Shown: positions 1-7,488 of the stretch, piece by piece
How the letters are laid out: each line of letters begins with the position of its first letter
How positions within the stretch are numbered: position 1 is the stretch's first letter
Source of the DNA: a virus
Taxonomy: Duplodnaviria; Caudoviricetes
DNA length: 34,424 bases
IMG/VR virus record: IMGVR_UViG_3300032332_000273
Location: 1-34,424 of that record
Strand: one strand, 5' to 3'
Position numbers and translations under genes: made by a program
Notes under the pieces: generated by a model
The model's input: only the letters and a program-made list of their open reading frames with translations
What the model was told of the DNA's origin: nothing
The model's database searches: none

Positions 1-746
1 GATTCGGACTCAGGCACTTGCGTGCGCGTCAAAACCGCGGGGCGAATCATCCCGGGTTGTTGTTCTGGGGCTTTATACGGTTCGGGAGTCAGGGCCATAC
101 CGGCTAAAGGGGCTGCAACCGAACCGATCTTTGCTGCCCCCGCTAAAGTACCCGTACCCTGCGCTCCAGAACCAATAAGCTGCGTAGTACTTAAAGGATC
201 GCTAACTAAACGCCCAAGCCCCTGCCCCATGTTGCTAAACGTAGGGGTCGCTCCAGACAAGGCCGCACTCTGATTGGCTACCGCAGGGGCCATAGCTGCT
301 TCGGCAGCAGTCCCAGTAAGTCCTTGTTTTGCCACTTCTTGCGCTGCACCTTCTACACCAGCAACACTACCCGCAGTAGACAGACCCCCCGCAAGTCCAG
401 CGCCCCCATACGCGCTAAGTCCAGCCATCAAGCCTTTTTTCAAACTGCCCGTACCTAGCGCACCAACACCGCCAACAAGCGCGGCGGCGGCCAAAGGCTG
501 CATACCCGGAATCAGCATCAGTCCAGCACCGGCTAGGGGCGCGGCCACAGGCTTAATGTACTTCCACGCCTCACTAAAGATATTGGCTTCCGGCAGACCT
601 GTGTGTGGGTTAATGCTGAGCGACCCGCCGTTTGCCATTGCTAAACTTTGAAGTCCTTGGACCTCATCAGGCGTTACGTGCATGAGCATCGAGTCGCCGT
701 TGCGACCGTGCGCGGCCATGTTTTGTGCAAGATTATGTAGGCTCAT
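1..746 (-). CDS. Putative internal virion / DNA ejection (pilot-like) protein, truncated at the window edge
   Basis: Not in the ORF track. ATG at 746, 2 nt after the stop of the upstream gene. Hand translation: MSLHNLAQNMAAHGRNGDSMLMHVTPDEVQGLQSLAMANGGSLSINPHTGLPEA, then Gly/Ala-rich hydrophobic segments (PLAAAALVGGVGALG); the frame is still open at position 3. Position after the tail genes and Gly/Ala-rich helices fit podovirus ejection proteins (inference). Confidence 0.7.
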   Translation of the reverse strand, partial: MSLHNLAQNMAAHGRNGDSMLMHVTPDEVQGLQSLAMANGGSLSINPHTGLPEANIFSEAWKYIKPVAAPLAGAGLMLIPGMQPLAAAALVGGVGALGTGSLKKGLMAGLSAYGGAGLAGGLSTAGSVAGVEGAAQEVAKQGLTGTAAEAAMAPAVANQSAALSGATPTFSNMGQGLGRLVSDPLSTTQLIGSGAQGTGTLAGAAKIGSVAAPLAGMALTPEPYKAPEQQPGMIRPAVLTRTQVPESE

Positions 747-748
747 GA

Positions 749-1675
749 TTACGTCGCTGTGTTACTAAACAAAATGCCTTGCAAAATCAAACCAACAGAG
801 TGCGTTCCTGATGCGGTCGAATACTGCCACTGAATGTCTGTTTTTTGCGTGTAGGGAAAAGGATTATTTCGTATTACTTGGTATCTTTGGTCCCAAGCTG
901 TTTGCAATACCGTTAGGGTAACTGGATTTGTTTGAGCGTTGTTTGTGCTTTTAACTTGATAGTTAATCGCATTTCCGGGAGCGGCATCGCCATTGAAAGC
1001 GTTAATTGAAGTAATGTACATTGTGTATCCATTGGGTACAGAGTACACAGCGGCTTGCGACCTTCCCACCCCTATTGAAATTTGCGAGTAAGTAACTCCA
1101 CCATTCTTAGCTGTAATCGTTCCTACGTTAGTAGTTTGACCAGTCCCTGTACTAGTCATAATCATGCTGTTAATACGAAGAAACTGATTTGTTGTAGTTA
1201 CACCTGTTACGCCATTTAGCGTTACTGTTTCTGTTATGGCATTCCAGCTTGAATCAAGACCACTAATAAGTATCGTTGCTCTGGTGTTGTCGGATGCTGA
1301 AGTGCTGACAAGTGTCATTGTTACAGCAGACGCCGGGAAAGCATATTGAGTGGTCCCCGTTAATTCCCACAATGTATACAATGTTGTTTTAACATTATCG
1401 GAAAAAGCAAAAATATTTACTTGGCTTGCACCAGTAACTTTCCCTCGGGCAACCTGCATCCCCCAATCCGCAGATTGCGAAGATTCTGTACTGATAGGCA
1501 CGGGAGATGAAGTAGCCATTAGTTGCCCTAAAACTGCATCAAGCTGGTTGAAGTATAGCCGCAAGATGTTATTAAGCTGATCAAGATAGCGCGGATCGTA
1601 CTCTTGCGTAGCGTTGGGTAAACGTGGGGCAGCGACCCGATTGAGGTCGTTCGTGCTCGTAATAACGTAAGTCAT
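749..1675 (-). CDS. Tail-associated virion protein (helical N-terminus, beta-rich C-terminal domain)
   Basis: 308-aa ORF overlapping the upstream stop (ATGA). N-terminal PRLPNATQEYDPRYLDQLNNILRLYFNQLD helix followed by a Thr/Ser-rich beta region. Function inferred from position. Confidence 0.55.
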   Translation of the reverse strand: MTYVITSTNDLNRVAAPRLPNATQEYDPRYLDQLNNILRLYFNQLDAVLGQLMATSSPVPISTESSQSADWGMQVARGKVTGASQVNIFAFSDNVKTTLYTLWELTGTTQYAFPASAVTMTLVSTSASDNTRATILISGLDSSWNAITETVTLNGVTGVTTTNQFLRINSMIMTSTGTGQTTNVGTITAKNGGVTYSQISIGVGRSQAAVYSVPNGYTMYITSINAFNGDAAPGNAINYQVKSTNNAQTNPVTLTVLQTAWDQRYQVIRNNPFPYTQKTDIQWQYSTASGTHSVGLILQGILFSNTAT

Positions 1676-3861
1676 CTACGTCCGTCCTGACGGATGTCCA
1701 TACGGGGAGCGCCAAGCTGCCAAGTCGTGCCAATCTGATTAGACCAAACAGAAAACGCCATCTGCCGCCCCCGCACTCGGGTATAGATCTGTCCAGTAAA
1801 TTGTTCGATTGTGTATGACTTACCGCCAGCCGTGATAGTTTGATCGCCCGGACTTGTTACCGTTGCGTAGGAATTGCCGCCAACAGATGTCGGGTTATTG
1901 TATCCAGAACCAGAATTCTGCATAGGCAACAGCGTCATCGTGACCGTAGGGCTAGTACCCGCTGTGGACTGTCTAAAGGTGATGTCGGGCACAATGCGCC
2001 ACACGAACCCCAACCGGTCCCCATCATCAATATCAAATTCAGACGATAAAATATATGCCTCAACTGCTGCAATAGTACTGGTTGAACCATCGTCGATACC
2101 GTTTTCGTGTTCTACCAAATTAGGAATGTATGTGGCGGCAAGGGGGAAGTTGTTTAGTCCGCTATCCAACCAAGCGGTGCGCCCCATAGTTCCGTAGTAC
2201 CAGATATCTTCCGCATAATTGTAGACAACATAGTTGGTAATTGTGGTTGATGAGCCAACGCAGTAAAACCACCAAATTTCATTAAACCCTTCGTTGGTGC
2301 TGCAAAATACTTGCCCAGATTGAGTCTTGTTAATATTTTCAAAAACAAAATTACGCAGGTCACAACGCAACGTAGAGATGCGCCCATCGTATTTGTAAAA
2401 CTTATCTACGCCCATCCAGTACAATACGCCAGAAGCAATCGTTGCAGCATTTGGCCCAATGATAGAAATATTATCCCCCAATAACTGGAACCGCCAAACG
2501 TCCGGTAGGTTGACGTACTGCATGGAATAAAGCGAAGAGTCTGTAAAAACCACAATCTCTTGTCGGCTCTGTACCGCAGTTACAATTTCGGAACCGTGAG
2601 ACAAAATAATAAATCCAGCGTCGTTTGTAGCTGGGTCTGGATACCAATCAGTGACAGATCCCGACGCAGACCAGCGCACAGCCATTGGGTTTAAGGTTGT
2701 TTCACCGGGCAGATTTGTCCCAAAACAAATTGTGTACTCGTTAATATCTGATACAAGAAAATAGTTTTGGTATAGCGGTACAGATGCGGCACCGTACAAA
2801 CTTGATAACAAAACTCCTCGCTGGGAAATGTATTGAGCGCCTGACCCTGCGCCAGTGGTGTTTATGGCGGTGCCGCCAGCGGTAAGAGAAAGATTGAACG
2901 TAGTACCGGTAGAATTTTTTACGTAGTATGTTCTACCCGGCAAAAGCGGTGGTGGTAGATAGCCCGTGGTTGTTAACGTAATGGGCGTGTATTCATCCAG
3001 CGCTACGGTAGAAGTAACTGCAGCGGGGCTGGCAAAAGTTATTGTTACGGCGCTTGCAGTAAAACCCACAGTGGGCGTCCACCAATAAAGTGGATTGCCG
3101 CGCGTGCCGTATAGAAGATTTTCTTGAAATACGTTTTGCTGGTTCCACAATCGCAAAGCCGTACTGGATTGTGTTCCATACCCCCAAGTACCAATAAGAG
3201 ACGGAGGAGAATATGTTGGCGGTGTGCCCCATCCGCCAGCACCCCAACCAGAAACAGGGCTTACGGTAGCGGCGCCAGTGTTGATCTGATACACCGCGTA
3301 TACCGTGCCGCCGCCTGTGGTGCTGGATGACGCAGTGCCAAGAACACTAATCGTGTAAGATGTCGTACTTAGTTTAGTAAGTTTGTATTCAGTTCCAGCA
3401 GTAATAGTTACGCCGCCAACAGTTATATTGCCCGCCGAACCGTAAAGTGTAACGTAGTCGTCGTTAGCAAATGTGTTGCCACTAGCGTCAAGATTGGCAT
3501 CCGTAACCGTTATAGTTGTGTAGCCACCGCTGTTTGTGGCGGTGCTTGTTGCTAATGGGTTAGTCAGCGTACTGGTGTAGCGAATTGGCGTGATATCGTA
3601 ATACGCTCCTTGGTTCTCAATGTAAAACTTGAGATTGGTTCCAACGCCCGTCAGCTTTTGAAAGCCCAGCGTAATCCAAGTCCAGAGCGACCGGCACACA
3701 CCAAGAAATGTGTTGTCCGAGATCCGCAACCACCCACCAATCTTTTCAGGTGTGCCTTGGCGAAACCGAATCTTATCTGATTCAAAGTACCCGCCTTCAT
3801 TGGTGTACCGCGTGTTTTCGCGGTTAACCCCCGGCTTGAATTGAAGTTTTTTGAGTGGCAT
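1672..3861 (-). CDS. Tail nozzle / head-stabilisation protein (P22 gp10 / T7 gp12-like position), with Thr-rich insertions
   Basis: 729 aa. The C-terminal half has propeller-like aromatic strands (VRWS, IVVFTDSSLYSM, LYWMGVDKFYKYDG, NEIWWFY, YVVYNY..WYYG) typical of podovirus nozzle proteins. Family call is from memory of motifs. Confidence 0.6.
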   Translation of the reverse strand: MPLKKLQFKPGVNRENTRYTNEGGYFESDKIRFRQGTPEKIGGWLRISDNTFLGVCRSLWTWITLGFQKLTGVGTNLKFYIENQGAYYDITPIRYTSTLTNPLATSTATNSGGYTTITVTDANLDASGNTFANDDYVTLYGSAGNITVGGVTITAGTEYKLTKLSTTSYTISVLGTASSSTTGGGTVYAVYQINTGAATVSPVSGWGAGGWGTPPTYSPPSLIGTWGYGTQSSTALRLWNQQNVFQENLLYGTRGNPLYWWTPTVGFTASAVTITFASPAAVTSTVALDEYTPITLTTTGYLPPPLLPGRTYYVKNSTGTTFNLSLTAGGTAINTTGAGSGAQYISQRGVLLSSLYGAASVPLYQNYFLVSDINEYTICFGTNLPGETTLNPMAVRWSASGSVTDWYPDPATNDAGFIILSHGSEIVTAVQSRQEIVVFTDSSLYSMQYVNLPDVWRFQLLGDNISIIGPNAATIASGVLYWMGVDKFYKYDGRISTLRCDLRNFVFENINKTQSGQVFCSTNEGFNEIWWFYCVGSSTTITNYVVYNYAEDIWYYGTMGRTAWLDSGLNNFPLAATYIPNLVEHENGIDDGSTSTIAAVEAYILSSEFDIDDGDRLGFVWRIVPDITFRQSTAGTSPTVTMTLLPMQNSGSGYNNPTSVGGNSYATVTSPGDQTITAGGKSYTIEQFTGQIYTRVRGRQMAFSVWSNQIGTTWQLGAPRMDIRQDGRR

Positions 3862-4298
3862 TACTTGCTCGCTACACCCTTGTGCTTCTCAAATGAGCGC
3901 ATTCCGCCAAACCCGAGCAAGCCAGCCAGCAGCGTCATGAGTTGCTCAACGTCCAGATCTGGCGGCGGGTTCAACCCTTTAGGGATTATGTCATAGCCCT
4001 GACCAAAAGCCCATAGCCACTGCATCAAAGGGTAGCCAAGGAATTGGTAAGCCAGACCCAGAACCCCAATCCAGCCCACAGCAGGACGCCAGCCACTGAC
4101 AAATAGGCTAGAAGACGCCGCTTCGATCTTGTTGATATCCACTTGCGCGAGGTCTGTAGCCTGATCAATGCGCTTCTCTTCAAGGTCGAGCTTGCGGTCT
4201 TCCAACGCCATTTGAAGGCGTTCTTTATCCGTCGTGATGAGATCACCCGCAACCTTGCCAACGCCTTCAATTATTGACCCTATTCCAATCAAATCCAT
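3861..4298 (-). CDS. Holin, 3TM gene-transfer-agent-type
   Basis: Likely start MDLIGIG at 4298 (TAATG overlap with the endolysin stop). Motifs Q.DINKIEA, FVSGWRPAVGW, hydrophobic helices and LLGFGGMRSFEK match the 3TM holin family. Adjacent to the endolysin. Confidence 0.85.
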   Translation of the reverse strand: MDLIGIGSIIEGVGKVAGDLITTDKERLQMALEDRKLDLEEKRIDQATDLAQVDINKIEAASSSLFVSGWRPAVGWIGVLGLAYQFLGYPLMQWLWAFGQGYDIIPKGLNPPPDLDVEQLMTLLAGLLGFGGMRSFEKHKGVASK

Positions 4299-4807
4299 TA
4301 CTTCAACCCCGCCAGAGTACGATTGATCCAACCTAATAAGAATTTGGACTGGGACCGATCCTTGTTGCAGATCTGCGCGTACCGGCTAATTTTGGCTATT
4401 GCGTAAGCCGGTAAGAATTTTTCTACCGTGCAGATGTTCAAGCGTTCGACGGTTTTTGCGCCGATTGCTCCGTCCGGGGTAACTCCGACGATGAGTTGGG
4501 CGAGCTTGGAGGCGACGCCGACCCCGGTGTTGACGGAGAAATTGAAGATTGTTTCGGCAATAGCTTGGTCCTTAATGTCGTCACCTCGGACACGATCCCA
4601 AAAATTAGATTTATAGAATTCACGGACCAAAGGCGTAGCCGACCCAAAGTCTTTGCGGTCGATGTGCTGCCATCCTGCCCAGTCGGGGTTTGGTTTTCTT
4701 GCGATTCCTGCATACGTCTGTCCTCCCCGGTCACCCGGAATGTCGGTTAGTTGATATCCACCTTCATCGTGGATCATTTTTTCAAATGCGGGATTGAAGT
4801 CAGCCAT
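4298..4807 (-). CDS. Endolysin, glycoside hydrolase family 108 with C-terminal peptidoglycan-binding region
   Basis: 169 aa. Catalytic EGGY motif, D.GG.T.AGI, FNFSVNTG, DGAIGAKT and C-terminal FLLGWINR. Confidence 0.92.
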   Translation of the reverse strand: MADFNPAFEKMIHDEGGYQLTDIPGDRGGQTYAGIARKPNPDWAGWQHIDRKDFGSATPLVREFYKSNFWDRVRGDDIKDQAIAETIFNFSVNTGVGVASKLAQLIVGVTPDGAIGAKTVERLNICTVEKFLPAYAIAKISRYAQICNKDRSQSKFLLGWINRTLAGLK

Positions 4808-5118
4808 TATTTTCTCGCCATCCGGTCTTCGATGATGCTAATGTGCTTTTGGTTTTCGTGGATCATGTCGCGGTTGTGCTGGATTTCTTTCTCAAGCTCT
4901 TGCCGCAGCTTTTCCCGCGCAAGTTCAGCCCCAGAGTTTGTAGCCTGTTTGTTGTCGGATGTAACAACAAGGGAGATTTTGGCGTTGAGTACGGTAACCT
5001 CATGAGTCAACTTGTCCAATGCAGACATCAGGTACACAACGCAGGTAAAAAGGATCGGCAGCACGGCGAAGGCGGTCTTCTCAATAAGCTGACTCTTGGC
5101 TTCAAGTTTCTCGCTCAT
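4807..5118 (-). CDS. Single-pass membrane coiled-coil protein in the lysis cassette (antiholin/spanin/holin-like)
   Basis: 103 aa. One hydrophobic helix (AFAVLPILFTCVVYLM) followed by heptad-rich charged helices. Coupled to the endolysin by TAATG. Confidence 0.6.
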   Translation of the reverse strand: MSEKLEAKSQLIEKTAFAVLPILFTCVVYLMSALDKLTHEVTVLNAKISLVVTSDNKQATNSGAELAREKLRQELEKEIQHNRDMIHENQKHISIIEDRMARK

Positions 5119-5273
5119 GCTTTATCCTTCATCTTGTTGATGATTTCAAAGGCGCTCTTGACCTTTTCTTCAAGGACCGCAACCCGTAGGTCCAACTTAG
5201 ACAGCACGATGATGAGCGTTACGAGGCCAAGCAGCACCGGCCACGCTTTCAGGAAAAGTTCAACTATTTCCAT
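5115..5273 (-). CDS. Small single-pass membrane protein (52 aa), holin-like
   Basis: Below the track cutoff. Hand translation: MEIVELFLKAWPVLLGLVTLIIVLSKLDLRVAVLEEKVKSAFEIINKMKDKA*. ATGA overlap with the next gene; its start lies inside the 3' end of the endonuclease gene. Confidence 0.75.
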   Translation of the reverse strand: MEIVELFLKAWPVLLGLVTLIIVLSKLDLRVAVLEEKVKSAFEIINKMKDKA

Positions 5274-5700
5274 CGCCGTGCATCCTTATGTACTCACTTC
5301 GTAGAAACGACACTTTTTTGCGCCCATCATGTCGTTTGACTCTACCCAAGGCTGGCGGGTTGTTCAAGTATTCTGCGGCTCTCAAAATCATATCCGGGTC
5401 ATCGTCAAAGCTACCTAGCGCTGTGTTACACCGCACACACAAAATGCCACGAACATCATCAGAGTCGTGGCAGTGGTCTACTGCAAACTTGTACTGCTTG
5501 AGCTTGAGGGGTTTGTGGCAGATAGCGCAATTATACCCCTGAAGTTTCAACAAAAAGTCATAATCTGTGGGGGACAGTCCAAACCGATCAAGCCGGTTCA
5601 CATCGGCTTTACAGGGGCGGCATAGAAAATAGTCCCTGCGACCATGAACAATCAGGTCTTCTCTGGCAAACTCGCCAGCACATACAGCGCAAGAAGGCAT
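5260..5700 (-). CDS. Endonuclease VII-like (His-Me finger) nuclease, possibly a free-standing homing endonuclease
   Basis: 146 aa. FGLS..DY..LL..Q...CAIC...VDHCH....VRGILC..CN.ALG.F.DD...ILRAAEYL is the recombination endonuclease VII signature. There is an extra N-terminal CxxC...CxxC. Confidence 0.9.
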   Translation of the reverse strand: MPSCAVCAGEFAREDLIVHGRRDYFLCRPCKADVNRLDRFGLSPTDYDFLLKLQGYNCAICHKPLKLKQYKFAVDHCHDSDDVRGILCVRCNTALGSFDDDPDMILRAAEYLNNPPALGRVKRHDGRKKVSFLRSEYIRMHGDGNS

Positions 5701-5707
5701 TGAAATA

Positions 5708-5728
5708 CCCCGGTGGATCGCACCGGGG
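5708..5728 (-). terminator. GC-rich hairpin: weak terminator or RBS-occluding stem upstream of the nuclease
   Basis: 8-bp stem CCCCGGTG/CACCGGGG with a 5-nt loop. On the minus strand it is followed by TATTTCA and then the nuclease ATG. Confidence 0.55.
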
Positions 5729-5735
5729 CCTGACC

Positions 5736-5969
5736 TTAGTTGTCGGTCTGTTCGTCGTCTTCTTCGTCTTCGTCTTCAGCGTCACCTGCTTCAGCAACTG
5801 CGTTGGCAGCAACTTCAAACTGGGCTTCGATGTGTGAAGAGAATAACGATGATAGGGTGAACTCGTTGATGCCGCTTTCAACAGCGACAGCAAATGCAAC
5901 AGAAAACAGGGCGTTCAGCGCGTCAATCGGCTCCGAACCGTCAAGCGCATCAATGATCGAGTCTTTCAT
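5736..5969 (-). CDS. Small, extremely acidic protein (77 aa)
   Basis: Likely start MKDSIIDAL at 5969 with GGAG 5 nt upstream. Hand count: 21 Asp/Glu, 1 Lys, 0 Arg. Acidic tail DAEDEDEEDDEQTDN. Confidence 0.75.
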   Translation of the reverse strand: MKDSIIDALDGSEPIDALNALFSVAFAVAVESGINEFTLSSLFSSHIEAQFEVAANAVAEAGDAEDEDEEDDEQTDN

Positions 5970-6007
5970 AGGAATCTCCGGGGTTAGTCGGGCGGGTGCC
6001 CGTGGAA

Positions 6008-6016
6008 ATTTTACCA
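6008..6016 (-). promoter_or_regulatory. Candidate extended -10 promoter (TGG-TAAAAT)
   Basis: Lies in one of the few intergenic gaps (5970-6048). TGn plus TAAAAT on the minus strand, with no good -35. Confidence 0.45.
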
Positions 6017-6048
6017 AGTAAGTAAGACAGGGAAGTTACTGTACAAAC

Positions 6049-7488
6049 TCACAATGTAGTCACCGAAGATGTCAAAGTTGACGCGGCATCAGTGTATGAA
6101 GAAGTCGCGCTTGTATTAGATATCGCCGCATCTGTCAAACTAGAAGTGCCAGAAGTCATTGATGCGGCGGAATCAGTTAGTGAAGAGGCGGAGTAAGTAA
6201 ACGAATTTCCACCAACGGTATAAGTTCCAGTCAAAGAACCATCACCGGGAAGCTTGGCAAACAAAAAATCGCTTGTGTTTACATAAGAGTAACCACAAAC
6301 ATAAAAGGCACTCCCGGAAGAGTTAACAGCTATTGCAGCACCATAAGCTTGTACGCTACTCCCTAGCTGCCTTTGCCACTGAATAGTGCCTGATGTATTG
6401 TACTTAGAGATTTCAAATTTTCCAGTGCCACTTGCAGTAGAAAATCCACAAACATAAGAATTGCCAGAAGAGTCTACCGCTACCCCATTAGCATATGTAA
6501 CGCCACCACTTAATTTTCTTTGCCATTGCAAAGTGCCAGAAGTGTCATACTTTACAAGTGTTTGCGAATAACTACTATCGTACCCACAAACATAAGAATT
6601 GCCAGAAGAGTCTACCGCTATTCCATTAGCAATTGTAGTTCCTGCAAGTTCTAGTTTTGTTTGCCATTGAATAGTGCCGGATGAATTATACTTGGCTACT
6701 AAATGCGTATCAACATATCCTGATCTACTAAATCGCCCACAGACATAAACATTAGCTGAAGAATCTACAGCTATTCCATTACCAATATCATTTCCAACCG
6801 CCCCTTCTAAACTTCTTTGCCATTGCAATGTTCCAGAAGTATTATATTTGGCTATTAATAAATTATAATTTGATGTTACAGGGTTCTGTGTGTAACCACA
6901 GATATAAGCATTTCCAGAAGAATCTACAGCAATTTCGGTTGCTTGATTATCAACCCCAAAAGATCCGTATAAACGATTTTGCCACTGAAGAACCCCAGAT
7001 GAATTGTATTTGTTTATTTGCGCATCATTAAATCCGCTTGTGTTAGGATTGCTTTGCCCACAAACATAAACATTGTTTGATGAATCTAACGCTACTGCAT
7101 AACCCAAAATGCTGTCAGGCCCAGAAAAAATCCTTTGCCACTGAATGGTGCCAGAAGAATTGTATTTTGCGGTTTCCATGTTGGTAAATGAGCTGCCCGC
7201 AGATTGACCCGCAAAATAGATATTGCCTGATGTGTCTGCTGCTACGCCATATCCAGCATCATAAAACGAAGCCGATCCCAACAAACCAATAAAATAAGGA
7301 CCACCCGATGATTTTCCCCAAAAATCAATAGGCATGCTAATAACACCACTTGAAATACCCGCTAATGAACGAACATTTGCGTCATTAAGCGAGATGGTCG
7401 CTGTTGAGCTTTGACCAATTTCAATAGCTATAGATTCACCAGTCGTTGCGCCAGCAAGACTGATTGCTCCAGAAGAGTTAAGCGCCAT
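6049..7488 (-). CDS. Tail fibre tip adhesin / receptor-binding protein with SBBP-like beta-propeller
   Basis: 479 aa. Six copies of KY[ND][ST]SG..QWQ alternate with [IV]AVDSSGN.Y.CG blades, and a degenerate seventh is present. The short N-terminal module (MALNSSGAISL...ISLND..VR.LAG...DFWGKS) resembles fibre-docking N-termini. TAATG-coupled to the fibre gene. Confidence 0.7.
   Translation of the reverse strand: MALNSSGAISLAGATTGESIAIEIGQSSTATISLNDANVRSLAGISSGVISMPIDFWGKSSGGPYFIGLLGSASFYDAGYGVAADTSGNIYFAGQSAGSSFTNMETAKYNSSGTIQWQRIFSGPDSILGYAVALDSSNNVYVCGQSNPNTSGFNDAQINKYNSSGVLQWQNRLYGSFGVDNQATEIAVDSSGNAYICGYTQNPVTSNYNLLIAKYNTSGTLQWQRSLEGAVGNDIGNGIAVDSSANVYVCGRFSRSGYVDTHLVAKYNSSGTIQWQTKLELAGTTIANGIAVDSSGNSYVCGYDSSYSQTLVKYDTSGTLQWQRKLSGGVTYANGVAVDSSGNSYVCGFSTASGTGKFEISKYNTSGTIQWQRQLGSSVQAYGAAIAVNSSGSAFYVCGYSYVNTSDFLFAKLPGDGSLTGTYTVGGNSFTYSASSLTDSAASMTSGTSSLTDAAISNTSATSSYTDAASTLTSSVTTL

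Noticed and set aside
5260-5700. Packaging-associated HNH (HK97 gp74-type) or true Holliday junction resolvase
   Set aside because: The motif is endonuclease VII-like and the gene is far from the terminase and from replication genes. A mobile or accessory role fits better, though a resolvase function cannot be excluded.
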